Origin: Octopus sinensis
Lineage: Eukaryota
Assembly (NCBI RefSeq): GCF_006345805.1
Contig: NC_043007.1
Coordinates: 62,620,001-62,684,000, forward strand
Direction: 5' to 3'
DNA: 64,000 nucleotides
Shown here: piece by piece, positions 39,801 to 49,959 of the stretch
Position numbering within the stretch: the stretch's first letter is position 1
Layout: each line of letters begins with the position of its first letter
Made by a program: the position numbers and the translations under genes
Notes under the pieces: generated by a model
Told to the model about the DNA's origin: nothing
The model's database searches: none
What the model saw: the letters and a program-made list of their open reading frames with translations, nothing else

Positions 39801-42800
39801 TTTTTGTATTTGAAAGTCTCTTCTCTCGGAATACAATAAATTAAAATTTTAAATAAACAACTCATAGGGCATCAGTTCTTGTGGGCCAGATCCAACCTGC
39901 AGGCCATAGGTTGCTGACCCCTGATCTAAATGAATCAGAGGACCTCATCTTCGCTCCTGAGTATCTTTTTTTTTTGTTTTTGTTAGTTTGGTTTGTATGG
40001 TTGGATACCCTTTCTAATGCTGACTCTACACAGTATACTGGGTGTATATTTTCATGACACAAGAGTTAGCCATATCTACAACACAGCTAAAGGGATGTCT
40101 TGACACTACATCTATTTGCTTGCCAATCTCGTTAGAGAGCAAGAGGCACATAAAACTAAAATAGATACAGGCATGAATTATAAGATAAATGATAGAGGTT
40201 CTCAGTATTCTGAAACAAATATCTTTTGTTTGACTTGTTTCACTCACTAGATTGCGGTCATGCTAGAGTAATGCATTGAAGAAGTTTTAGTTGAAAGAAT
40301 CAACCCCATTACTTATTTTTTGTTAAGTCTGGTACTTATTCCACCGGTCTCTTTCACCAAAGTGCTAAGTTATGGGGCGTACACACACCAACACTGATTG
40401 TCAAGTAATGGTGGGAAACAAACACACATATGCACATACATCATCATCATCGTTTAACATCCATTTTCTATCCTGGTATGGGTTGTACAATTTGACTGAG
40501 GTCTGGAGAGTCAGTGGCTACACCAGGCTCCAATCTGATCTGGCAATGTTTCTACAGCTGGATGCCCCTCCTAACAACAACCACTCCTAGAGTGTAGTGG
40601 GTGCTTTTTACATGCCACTGGCACAGAAGCTAGTCAGGCAGGCCTGGCATTGATCACATTCAGATAGTGCTTTTTACATGCCACCGGCACAGGGGCCAGT
40701 CTGTGGGTACTGGTATTGGCCACATTCGGATGGTGCTTTTTACGTACCACCAGTGCAAGAGCCAGTCAGGGTGTACTCACATCAGTCACATTCGGATAGT
40801 GCTTTTTATGTGCCACCAGCACAGGTGCCAGTCTAGGGCAACACTGACCACAGCTACAATACTGGTTTCACATGACTCAACAGGTCTTCTCAAGCATATC
40901 ATATCACCAGGCACATCAGCAATACTCTAACTGGGCCAGACATGCTTGGCTGCCATCCCACTTTAGTTACCAGATCTTCTCAATCACAGCATATCTCCAA
41001 AGATCTTGGTCTCCTGTCATTGCCTCTCTGAGGCCCAATGTTCGAAGATCTCACTTCACCACCTCATCCAATGTCTTCCTGGGTCTACCTCTTCCATAGT
41101 TAAGGAGTGGCACCTCCTCACACAGCTGTCCTCATCCATACACAACACATAATTATACCAGTGCAGTCGTCTCTCTTGCACACCACATTTGATGCTTCTT
41201 TTGCCCAACTTTTTTCTCAGGGCACTTACACCCTGTCGTGTATGCACACTGACATTACACATCCAGTGGATCATACTAGTTTCATTTCTTTCAAGCCAAC
41301 GCATGTCCTCAGCAGTCATGGCCCATGTTTCACTGCCATGTAGGATGGCAGTTCACACACATGCATCATACAGTCTACCTTTCATCCTGAACGAGAGGCC
41401 CTTAGTTGCCAGCTGAACTTTGCCCAGGCTGTTCTTATTCTAGCCGTTACACTCTCAGAGCAATCACCCCCACCACAGACTTGGTTGCCTAGGTAGCGAA
41501 AGCTATCAACTACTTCTAGTTTCTCCCACTGGCATGTGATGGAATCTGTTTTCTGTACATCTTCAGTGTTTATTGCCCCTGTGCATCTGCCACACACAAA
41601 AACTATCTTTCCGGATAACCTTCCTTTCATATTGCAGCACCTTTTATGTGTCCATAGCTTACACCAGGTACGTCATATAGAGTTTCTACTCACGCCTTTT
41701 CTACAGATCAAGCAGGGCTATCTACCTGAAGGGGTGTGTGATTTGACAGCCTTCCTACTTACTAAGACTTTGGTTTTTACTAGCGTGACCCTAAGGCCCT
41801 TTGATTCTAGACCTTGCTTCCACACCCTAAACTTCGTCTCTAGTCCTGGCAGTGACTTGGCTATTAGAGCAAGGTCATCAGCATAGAGGAGCTCCCAAGG
41901 ACAGCCTGTCTTGAACTCCTCTGTTATTGCCTGAAGTACTATAATGAATAAGAGGGGGCTATGGACTGATCCTTGGTGAACCCCTACTTCTACCCGGAAT
42001 TCTTCACTATACTTGTTGCCAACCCTCACCTTACTGACAACATCCTTGTACAGGGCTTGTACAGCTCTTACCAACTATTCGTCTATCCCTAGTTTCTGCA
42101 TTGACCACCAGATAAAGGATTTGGAGACCCTGTCAAAGGCTTTCTACAGAGGTTCATCTTTGGCTAGATATTTCTCCTGCAGTTGCCTTATTTGTTCTAC
42201 TAAAGGCAGTGCTCCAGCATGGCCACAATCAAAATGACTGAAACAAGTAAAAGAATAAAAGAATAGAATATTCGGTAATAAAACCGATCAGAAACAAGAA
42301 GATTCATCAGAGTGAAGAATAAATAAAGAAGAGCATAGTGAAGAAAAAGGGTAAAATTGAATATGGTTGTAATCGTACCATTTTGCTTGTGTGTATCTTT
42401 GGGCCATTAAGTAAAAGACAAACAAAATAGCAATTTGTGGATTGATCCTTTGTGCAGGGTGGGGACAGGATGAATAAATAAAAAAAAACTAAAAATAATA
42501 GTGGGATACGGCAATAGGTATTAGTCGGAGAAGGGGCATAGATACAGTAAGGTTTTATATTAATTATAATAATTTATAATAGTTACGTTTGTAGAACTAA
42601 TTGTCTACACCCCTTCTGCAACTAATACCTATTGGCGTATCCCGCTATTATTTTTTGTTTTTTTATTATTTATTCACTCCCCACCCCCCGTACAAAGGAT
42701 CAATCCACTAATTACTCTTTTGTTTTAGTCTTTTATTTAATGGCCCAAAGAGACACACATGCAAAATGGTATGATTACAACCATATTCAACTTACCCTTT

Positions 42801-43231
42801 TTCTTCACTACGCTCTTCTTCTTTATTTATTCTTCACTCTGATGAAGTTCCTTGTTTCAGATCAGTTTTATTACTGAATAGTATTAATATTTTTACATAT
42901 ATTGAATGTCAATAGCAATATCATATAACATTGGAAGCAGAAACAGCTGTTAGATGGGATGTAGTTTGTTTGAATTGAATTAATAAATAATAATTGATGT
43001 AAGTCAATTGTTGTTAATCAATACTTCTCCAATTTCTGTTTTCTTTAAATTTTGATTCTTGATAAATCCTTGTTTATCCTTGTCTTTACCTATAACCTGT
43101 AACTAAAAAATATTTACCGTAAGAACATAATTTTGCATGTGTATGCCCATGGTTAAATATAAGTAACATACTGGTAGTATAATGGATACTTCTATCCCTT
43201 TGATGGTTATTTTAACCTCTAACTCAACTAA

Positions 43232-43281
<50 letters not shown>

Positions 43282-46032
43282 ATGTACTTCTTTCAATTTC
43301 TGTCTACCAAATCCACTCAAAAAGCTTTGGTTGGCCTGAGGTTGTTATAGAAGATACTTGCCCAAGGTGCCGTGCCGTGCAGTGGGACTGAACCTGGAAC
43401 CATGTGGTTGTGAAGCAAGCTTCTTACTGCACAGCCTTGTACTTATATATTTCATAAAATATTTACCTTATGATATTTATCACATTTCAGTAGCCATTGT
43501 ATGAGTTTGAATAAAAGACAAACATCACATGATCTTATTTTTTCATCTGTCTATAAATCTGAGGCTTTGTGCCTGTCTAATAAATCACTATTTAATTAAT
43601 AGGGTGGATGTTGTTGGCTATTTGTTAACACTTGTGAGTTGTGTTGACAACCTTTGTTTCTTAATTTTTAATTTTATTTAAGCCTCTCATGTATGGCTAG
43701 GCAAACATCTTGTATGTCTCTACTTGTCAATCTACCGACCTACTCCAGATTTAACTCTTTCATTACCAACCTGGCTGAAACCGGCTCTGTAGTACAAATG
43801 TCTTGTTTTCATAAGTTTTGAATTAAAATCTTCCCACCAAACCTTAGTCACAATTAATGTTCCTAACACCAGCTTAATAATAACTAAGTTATTTTACTAA
43901 ATTCTTTGTTATATCTCTAAACATTGAGAGAGACACAGAGCATGTCAAAATAAATGCAGTAACGAAAGGGTTAAAATGGTTTGATTTTTGTAAGATAGAT
44001 TCAGCAGCTATTCAGTACTAATTATTGATTCTTCTTGCATATAATCTTTTGTTTTACTTGTTTCAGCCATTAGACTGTGGCCATGCTGGAATCCCACCTA
44101 GAAGAATTTTCACTCGAATGAATTGACTCCCAGTACTTTTTTTTTTTCAGCCTGCTACTTATACTGTCAGTATCTTTTTGCCGAACCATTAAGTTATGGG
44201 GATATAAACACACCAGTGCTGGTTGTCAAAGATGTGTGCACACGCACAGACACACACACACACACCTATTTATGTACACAGTGAGCTTCTTTCACCATGG
44301 TGCATCTCATAATGTCGCCTAATATTTGCTAGTAATGCTTTCTAGACATAGGAGACAAATCAGGTTCCTACTGTGCTCAATGAAGAAGTAATCTAATGTC
44401 CAAGTTTCTTGAAAAATTCAGCATTCAGCCTCTACCTTCCTTTGTTTTGCCAAATCCACACACAAGACTTTGGTCAGTAACATCTTGAAGTTGACACCAG
44501 TACTTATTCTATCAGTCTCTTTTGCCAAATTGCAATGTTATGGAGACATGAAGACACCAGCACTGGTTGTCAGACACACACATATGTCTATAAATGTGAC
44601 CGCGTGTGTACTGTTGGCGATTTTTTTTCCTCTGTCTTCCCTTCTTTGGATTTTTCCTTTTCCTATGTTTCTGAGGAAGAGCTCCGCTTGAAACGTTAAA
44701 CCCTCCTTCTTTCCTTCTTTCCTGAGCATCCAATAATACTATACTTGTTCCACGTCCTCGCGTTGTTGTGTTTTCATGTTTGGATTAACTTTATATATAT
44801 ATATGACCAGATTCCTTCAGTTTCTGACAACCAAATCCACTCGCATATCTTTGGTTGATAACATCCCAGAGTTGATGCCAGTTTAAGTGATCTGTTACAG
44901 AAAAGTAAAGATGATCCATTAAATCAGATCTACTCAACACTGATGTCACTTCCATACACCCACACACAAACATATATAGTAGTGAGTTTTTTTCCAGACA
45001 ACAGACAACTAAACTAAATTCTTTAGTGAATATTTTAATTAACACTTGAGGCTATTTCAACCTGGAAATAGCCTCAACTTACTCTTTCATACCTCTAAAA
45101 TAGCAGTGGGGACATTGTGATGAAACAGCAAGTACCAGTAACATACAGAGGTTGAGTCAATTGGGTTAATTACTCTTTAGAATAATGACCTTATGTATTG
45201 TTTTTACTTCAGACATCGCTTGAAAATTTTATTGGTCTTAGATTTTACATGTGTGTCCTTTTACTTTTTACCACTTTCAGTGCGTTCTTCCTATTGCTTT
45301 AGCATTAGTCAACACACACACACACACACAACTATTTATTTGGATTTCAGTTAAGCACTGCTCTTTGACATTATCAACATCCCTCTTGGATAAATGTCAG
45401 ACTGTGCCATTAGTGTGCCACTTGAAGTGATGGCATGAGATGAAATAGAAAAATCCTCCACCACAGACACCTACAGTTCACTAAATTGGGGACATCAGTT
45501 TGCAGTGAAGTGTACACTGTTTCACTGTTAAAATCTTCCCCAGGTTTGTGTGTGTGTGATTAGGAAACAGTTATTTTTTTTCAAACAATATTCATTAATA
45601 AATTACTTTAAAGCTTGCTAAGTTTTTGTTAATTTTGTTTCTCTTATTATATACAGTGCTCAGGATCTTTTCACACACATGGATGTATATTTGTGTGTGT
45701 GTGTATGTACATGTGTGTCTGTCTCTGTGTCTTGATATCACTTGACAGTTTTAATTGAGTGTCACTCTCATGCAAGCAGTGTTGTTCATTTCCAATCTTC
45801 CATGAAAAATGCCTGGACATGGGGAAAATTTTTATTTTGTTTGGAAACAGGTGAGGATTGGCAATGAAAAGGGCATCTGGGCATGGAAAGTCTGCCTCAA
45901 CAAATTCTCTCTGACCCATAAATAATGGAAAAGTGGACATTAAAACGATAGTGATGATTATATAATTGTATGTGTGTGTGTATGTGAATATGTATGTATG
46001 TATATGTATATATGTATGTGTAAATATGAATG

Positions 46033-46067
<35 letters not shown>

Positions 46068-46089
46068 GTATATACATATATGTATATAC

Positions 46090-46152
<63 letters not shown>

Positions 46153-47190
46153 CATCATCATCATTGTTTAACGTCCGTTTTCCAGGCTGGCATGGGTTGG
46201 GCAGTTTGACTGGGGTCTGGGAAGCCAGGAGGCTGCACAAGGCTCCAATTTGATCTGGCAGTGTTTCAACAGTTGGATGCTCTTCCAAACGCCAACCACT
46301 CTGGGAGTGTAGTGGGTGCTTTTTATGTGCCACTGGCACAAGGGCCAGTGGAGCTGGCATCGACCACGATCAGATGGTACTTTTTACATGCCACCAGCAT
46401 GGAAGCCAGTCAAAGCGGCACTGGCATCAGCCACGTTTGGATGGTGCTTTTTATGTGCTACCGGCACGGGGGTCGGGTCACAACTACAATTTCTATTTGA
46501 TTTGATTTTGATGTACTTGACTAATAGGTCTCCTCAAGCATGGCATGTCACCCTATATATATATATATATATATATCAAAATAAGCAACAGGATATCCAG
46601 AGGTGATGCAGTATGCCCATTTGAAGTGGCTCCATTTAATTGAACAATGCAATCATTACATCAATTTAAATGCCGAGCTATCCCCAGCTGCTTAAATAAA
46701 TAAATAGCATGGACTTTGTCTGTCTTCTAACCCTCTTAGAGGATTTAAATAAAATTATACAAATGTTTCTAACTGACTAAATTAACTCTAATTATTTATT
46801 TATGCAGCTGAGGATAACTCTGCATTTAAATTGATGTAATGATTGCATTGTTCAATTAAATGGAACTGCTTGAAACGGTCGTACTGCATCACCTCTGGAT
46901 ATCCTGTTGAATATTTTGATTTTATTCATCTTATTCTGAAATTGTACGGATAATACTGCACTAACTTTTGGTGACTCAACCTAAGTACCTAATTTATCTG
47001 AATCTCAATTATTTTGCTATATGTATATACTTTATTTAAAAGCAGCAGAAATATAACAAAAGCTGTTACTCAGAGTTTCACGTTCCTGTTTGTTGGACAG
47101 TTTTGTTAACAAAACTAAACCATAATACTCTACCTCTAGTATCTGATTACTCTTTTTTTTCCACCTTGTTTCACATTTGTGCTTACTCCA

Positions 47191-47247
<57 letters not shown>

Positions 47248-47775
47248 TTATATGCGTGCATTTGTATGTATGTATGTATATGAGAAGGAGAGTGAAACTG
47301 GTTGAAAAGTCAACAATCAATGTCATTATTAACCAACTTCCAAGTGTACCATTATGCCTAGGTGAGAATAAGCACCATAGAGCAGGAACAATTCTGCACT
47401 CTGTTTGGCAGTTCTGCAGAAATTGACAAGTGCTTCCTTGGTTTACAGTGTTATGTTCAACCTCTCATATGGATGTAGCTTGAACAAGAAAGGGCTCAAT
47501 TTTTTCTGATTTTCACTTGTTAACTTGAAAATGTAATGTCCCTCCAACTCAATGGATTAAGGATCATGGCAATGTGTATTAGCTATTACATTTGATTGCA
47601 TGATTAGTACAAGTAGAATTGTTATAATTGGAAATTTGAAAGGAATTAAATTTAATAATTCATTTCATTTTATTTTCCAGGATGATAATTATTTTATTGG
47701 CTGGATTATTATTCAAGAAAACTGGTTATTATTTCTCACTGCTGTGGTTTACATTTTCAACAGCATACTTCTTGG

Positions 47776-47808
<33 letters not shown>

Positions 47809-47817
47809 GTAGTAGTA

Positions 47818-47853
<36 letters not shown>

Positions 47854-49729
47854 GCAACAAACTGGTAGAATTGCTAGCTGGGCACGCTGGGCCAAATACC
47901 TTGTAGCATTTCCTCTGTTTTTAGGTTCTGAGTTCAATTTCCACTGAGGTCCACTTTTCCTGTTGTCCTTTTGGGGTTGATAAAATAAGTACCAGTTAAA
48001 CACTGGGGTTGATGTAATCGACTTACCCCTCCTCCGAAATTACTGGCCCTGTGTCAAAATTTGAAACCATTATATATATATATATATATAAACTTACACA
48101 CATGCAAATATGTTCATTGACAGTCTAACAACCACTAAGTTACGGGGACGTAAACACACCAACACCAGTTATCATGGTGGTGAGGGACAAAAACACACAC
48201 ATACAGACATATATATATGTTGCTAGAATAAGAATAGCCTGGGCAAAGTTCAGAGAGCTATTACCTCTGCTGGTGACAAAGGGACTCTCGCTCAGAGTAA
48301 AAGGTAGACTGTATGACGCTTGTGTACGAACAGCCATGTTACATGGCAGTGGAACATGGGCTGTGACTGCTGCTGAGGACATCCATTAGCTTGCAAGGAA
48401 TGAAACCAGTATGCTCCGCTGGATGTGTAATGTCAGTGTGCATACTCAACAGAATGTAAGTACCTTGAGAGAAAAGTTGGACCTAAGAAGCATCAGATGT
48501 GGTGTGCAAGAGAGGCGACTGCGCTGATATGGGCATGTGGCGAGAAGGGATGAGGATAGCTGTGTGAAAAAGTGCCACACCCTAGCAGTTGAGGAAACCT
48601 GTGGAAGAGGAAGACCTAGGATGAGGTGGTGAAGCACGACCTTTGATCATTAGGCCTCACCGAGGCAATGACTAGTGACTGAGACTTGTCATTTACAGTC
48701 CGTGAGAAGACCCAGCAAGCCAAGTGAGACCATAACCAGTGGCCTATGCCAGGGGTGTAACCAGCCCACTTATGCATACCTTTCCTTCATTGGACTCTAA
48801 ACTCTGCTTGCGAAGACCTGTTGAGGCAAATGAAATCAAAATCAAATCAAATTTGCAAATTCAATGACTGGCCCCTGTGCCAGTGGTGCGCTAAGAGCAC
48901 CATCTGAGTGTGATCACTGCCAGAGTAGCTGAATAGCTTCTGTGCTGGTGGCACATAAAAAGCACCATTCAAATGTGATTGTTACCAGTGTCACCTTACT
49001 GGCACTTGTGCTCAGGGCATGTGAAAAACATTCGAGTGAGGTCGTTGCCAATGCCTCTGGACTGGCTCCTGTGCAGGTGGCACATAAAAACCACTACTTG
49101 AGCGTGGCCTTGCCAGTACCGCCTGACTGGCCCTTGTGCTGGTGGCACGTAAAAGCACCCACTACACTCTTGGAGTGGTTGGCAGTAGGAAGGGCATCCA
49201 GCTGTAGAAACTCTGCCAGATCAGATTGGAGCCTGGTGCAGCCATCTGGTTTGTTAGTCCTCAGTCAAATCATCCAACCCATGCTAGTATGGAAAGCAGA
49301 CGTTAAATGATGATGATGATATATATGACAGGCTTCTTTCAATTTCTGTCTATCAAATCCACTCATAAAACCCAAGATGCCACACATTAGGATTGATCCC
49401 AGAACCATGTAGTTGGGAAACAAACTTCTTACCACAAAGACACACTTGAAAATGTAGGAAAAATACTGGATCTTTGATGAAGGCAGACATCTTATGAGAC
49501 ACTGAAAATGTGTTGTGTTTAGTGAGATTGAATTGACAACACATTTGACATTGTCTCTTTCTCTTTCTATTTACAGGTGAAAACTTTGAGGATCCAGATC
49601 CTGCCGCATGCAGACTCTGATGGATTTACCCGAGGAAGCAAACGCAGCCTTTACTTCATTCTTTCCATATCTCTGTTGCAACCTATATTGATGGGATGGC
49701 TAACATACCATATCATATTTCCCCACTGA
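16075..49729 (+). CDS. YIF1B: YIF1 family protein (YIF1B-like), ER-Golgi multi-pass membrane protein; spliced CDS of about 310 aa in 9 exons
   Basis: Join of 16075-16104 (uncertain), 16363-16464, 19245-19399, 21247-21351, 22844-22922, 26957-27014, 28748-28903, 47681-47774 and 49577-49729. All introns from exon 2 onward are GT-AG with matching phases. Hallmark motifs: [65 protein letters not shown]. Confidence 0.95.
16363..16464 (+). CDS. YIF1B: YIF1B exon 2 ([33 protein letters not shown])
   Basis: TTTCCCTTGCAG acceptor and GTAACA donor. LFEDTS matches the YIF1B LFDDTS motif. Confidence 0.85.
17383..18697 (-). mobile_element. Full-length mariner (DD34D) DNA transposon in YIF1B intron 2
   Basis: TA TSDs at 17381-82 and 18698-99. 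TIRs are 37 bp (CGAGGGGCGTTCAATAAGTAATGCCCCTGACCCACTT) with 2 mismatches; total length 1315 bp. Confidence 0.95.
17456..18504 (-). pseudogene. Mariner transposase, about 349 aa, with three frameshifts
   Basis: [13 protein letters not shown]..., [29 protein letters not shown]. There are 34 residues between the 2nd and 3rd catalytic D. No in-frame stops once the shifts are corrected. Confidence 0.9.
19245..19399 (+). CDS. YIF1B: YIF1B exon 3 (GYPPSS...[28 protein letters not shown])
   Basis: Pyrimidine tract + TTAG acceptor and GTATGG donor; phase 1 to 0. Confidence 0.95.
19440..19810. repeat. Degenerate CAT/CAC-rich minisatellite (TCATTAACATTACTGTCA-like units)
   Basis: The motif recurs several times just downstream of exon 3. 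Confidence 0.6.
21247..21351 (+). CDS. YIF1B: YIF1B exon 4 ([35 protein letters not shown])
   Basis: TTTTACAG acceptor and GTAAGT donor; 105 nt. Confidence 0.97.
22844..22922 (+). CDS. YIF1B: YIF1B exon 5 ([26 protein letters not shown])
   Basis: CCAG acceptor and GTAAGT donor; contains NAPDLYIP. Confidence 0.97.
24101..24330 (-). mobile_element. SINE family B, well-preserved copy
   Basis: The reverse strand reads GGTGGCGAGCTGGCAGAAATGTTAGC...GAGTTCAAATTCCGCCGAGG. Confidence 0.8.
25316..26680 (+). mobile_element. 5'-truncated RTE LINE (second lineage) in intron 5
   Basis: [58 protein letters not shown], followed by the family 3' UTR and tail. Confidence 0.9.
26957..27014 (+). CDS. YIF1B: YIF1B exon 6 ([20 protein letters not shown])
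   Basis: TTTCAG acceptor and GTTTGT donor; phase 1 to 2. Confidence 0.95.
27427..27640 (+). mobile_element. SINE family B
   Basis: Full head and body. An inverted partner lies at 28061-28256. Confidence 0.8.
28061..28256 (-). mobile_element. SINE family B
   Basis: Reverse complement of the family B consensus. Confidence 0.8.
28748..28903 (+). CDS. YIF1B: YIF1B exon 7 ([20 protein letters not shown]...[10 protein letters not shown])
   Basis: TTTTCAG acceptor and GTGAGT donor; phase 2 to 2. Confidence 0.97.
31316..31519. mobile_element. piggyBac-like MITE family A, complete
   Basis: TTAA|CCCTTTAGC...GCTATAGGG|TTAA. Confidence 0.8.
33090..33417 (-). mobile_element. tRNA-headed SINE, family C
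   Basis: The reverse strand has GTGGCTTAGT..GGTTTGATTCCC then TTGAGCAAGACACTTTATTTCAC. Related heads lie at about 60870 and 62245. Confidence 0.7.
36087..36150. repeat. (TA)n microsatellite; one of many TA/CA/CAT/TTA tracts
   Basis: Other long tracts at about 10150-10245, 11910-12110, 29020-29060, 43235-43278, 45970-46150 and 47190-47240. Confidence 0.95.
36151..36647. repeat. Long fold-back (inverted repeat) element
   Basis: Arms 36241-36409 and 36479-36647 (169 bp, about 90% identical) with a 69 bp spacer. A relative lies at 46577-47025. Confidence 0.85.
36973..39923 (-). mobile_element. Full-length hAT (Charlie/SPIN-type) DNA transposon in intron 7, 2951 bp
   Basis: TIRs CAGGGGTCGGCAAC / CAGGGGTCAGCAAC. 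The 8-bp TSD reads ATCTAGAC / ATCTAAAT, a decayed NTCTAGAN. Confidence 0.92.
37228..39085 (-). pseudogene. hAT transposase (GTF2IRD2/EPM2AIP1/SPIN family), multiply disrupted
   Basis: BED-finger-like N-terminus ([20 protein letters not shown]), [47 protein letters not shown], and C-terminal [20 protein letters not shown]...KKHQVSH*. Confidence 0.88.
40439..42145 (-). mobile_element. 5'-truncated RTE LINE (second lineage), longest copy
   Basis: [26 protein letters not shown], Cys-rich insert, family 3' UTR with four 66-bp units and a (GAT)n tail. Confidence 0.92.
42269..42880. repeat. Long inverted repeat, Penelope-like tail-to-tail remnant
   Basis: Arms about 42269-42543 and 42603-42880 (about 275 bp, roughly 85% identical). 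The outer ends carry CTGATGAA...GAATA. Confidence 0.8.
43755..43970. mobile_element. piggyBac-like MITE family B, complete
   Basis: TTAA|CTCTTTCATTAC...GTAACGAAAGGG|TTAA. Confidence 0.8.
44596..44792 (+). mobile_element. Penelope-like element terminal-repeat remnant
   Basis: Contains the PLE-type CTGAGGAAGAGC...GAAACG signature. A related decayed copy lies at about 36665-36800 (-). Confidence 0.55.
44667..44701 (+). ncRNA. Minimal type I hammerhead ribozyme motif
   Basis: Stem I GTTT/AAAC, core CTGAGGA + extra A, stem II GAGC-TCC-GCTT, GAAA, palindromic ACGT stem III, predicted cleavage after GTT (44697). Confidence 0.6.
46577..47025. repeat. Fold-back element, same family as 36151-36647
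   Basis: Arms about 46577-46705 and 46793-46918. The right end 46920-47025 is the inverted counterpart of 36151-36240. Confidence 0.8.
47681..47774 (+). CDS. YIF1B: YIF1B exon 8 ([31 protein letters not shown])
   Basis: TATTTTCCAG acceptor and GTAAGT donor; phase 2 to 0. It follows an 18.8 kb intron. Confidence 0.95.
48222..49320 (+). mobile_element. 5'-truncated RTE LINE nested in a SINE A copy (48130-49445) in intron 8
   Basis: [33 protein letters not shown] ... (GAT)n tail. The SINE A halves resume on both sides of a TA run. Confidence 0.88.
49577..49729 (+). CDS. YIF1B: YIF1B exon 9, last coding exon ([11 protein letters not shown]...[16 protein letters not shown])
   Basis: TTTACAG acceptor; TGA stop at 49727-49729. 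Confidence 0.97.
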   Translation: MKTLRIQILPHADSDGFTRGSKRSLYFILSISLLQPILMGWLTYHIIFPH

Positions 49730-49953
49730 AGACTTTGATATATTTTCTGGATGTTTTGAGTGGGAACGCATGCACATATACACTCACACACATGCTTTTA
49801 AATATGACTAGAGATACACAAAGTAACACTTATACATATAAAGGCTCATAGCTAAACATATATCCATATAAAAGCATACATACATTAAAGACATAAATAC
49901 TGGCATGTATTCATACACACACATGCATATAAGCACACACTCACATATATAAA

Positions 49954-49959
49954 AATAAA
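49954..49959 (+). terminator. Candidate polyadenylation signal
   Basis: First AATAAA after the YIF1B stop. Alternatives at 50773 and 51665. Confidence 0.3.

Noticed and set aside
47065-47100. Further hammerhead in a Penelope-like remnant
   Set aside because: The core reads CCAACAA instead of CTGANGA, so it is degenerate.
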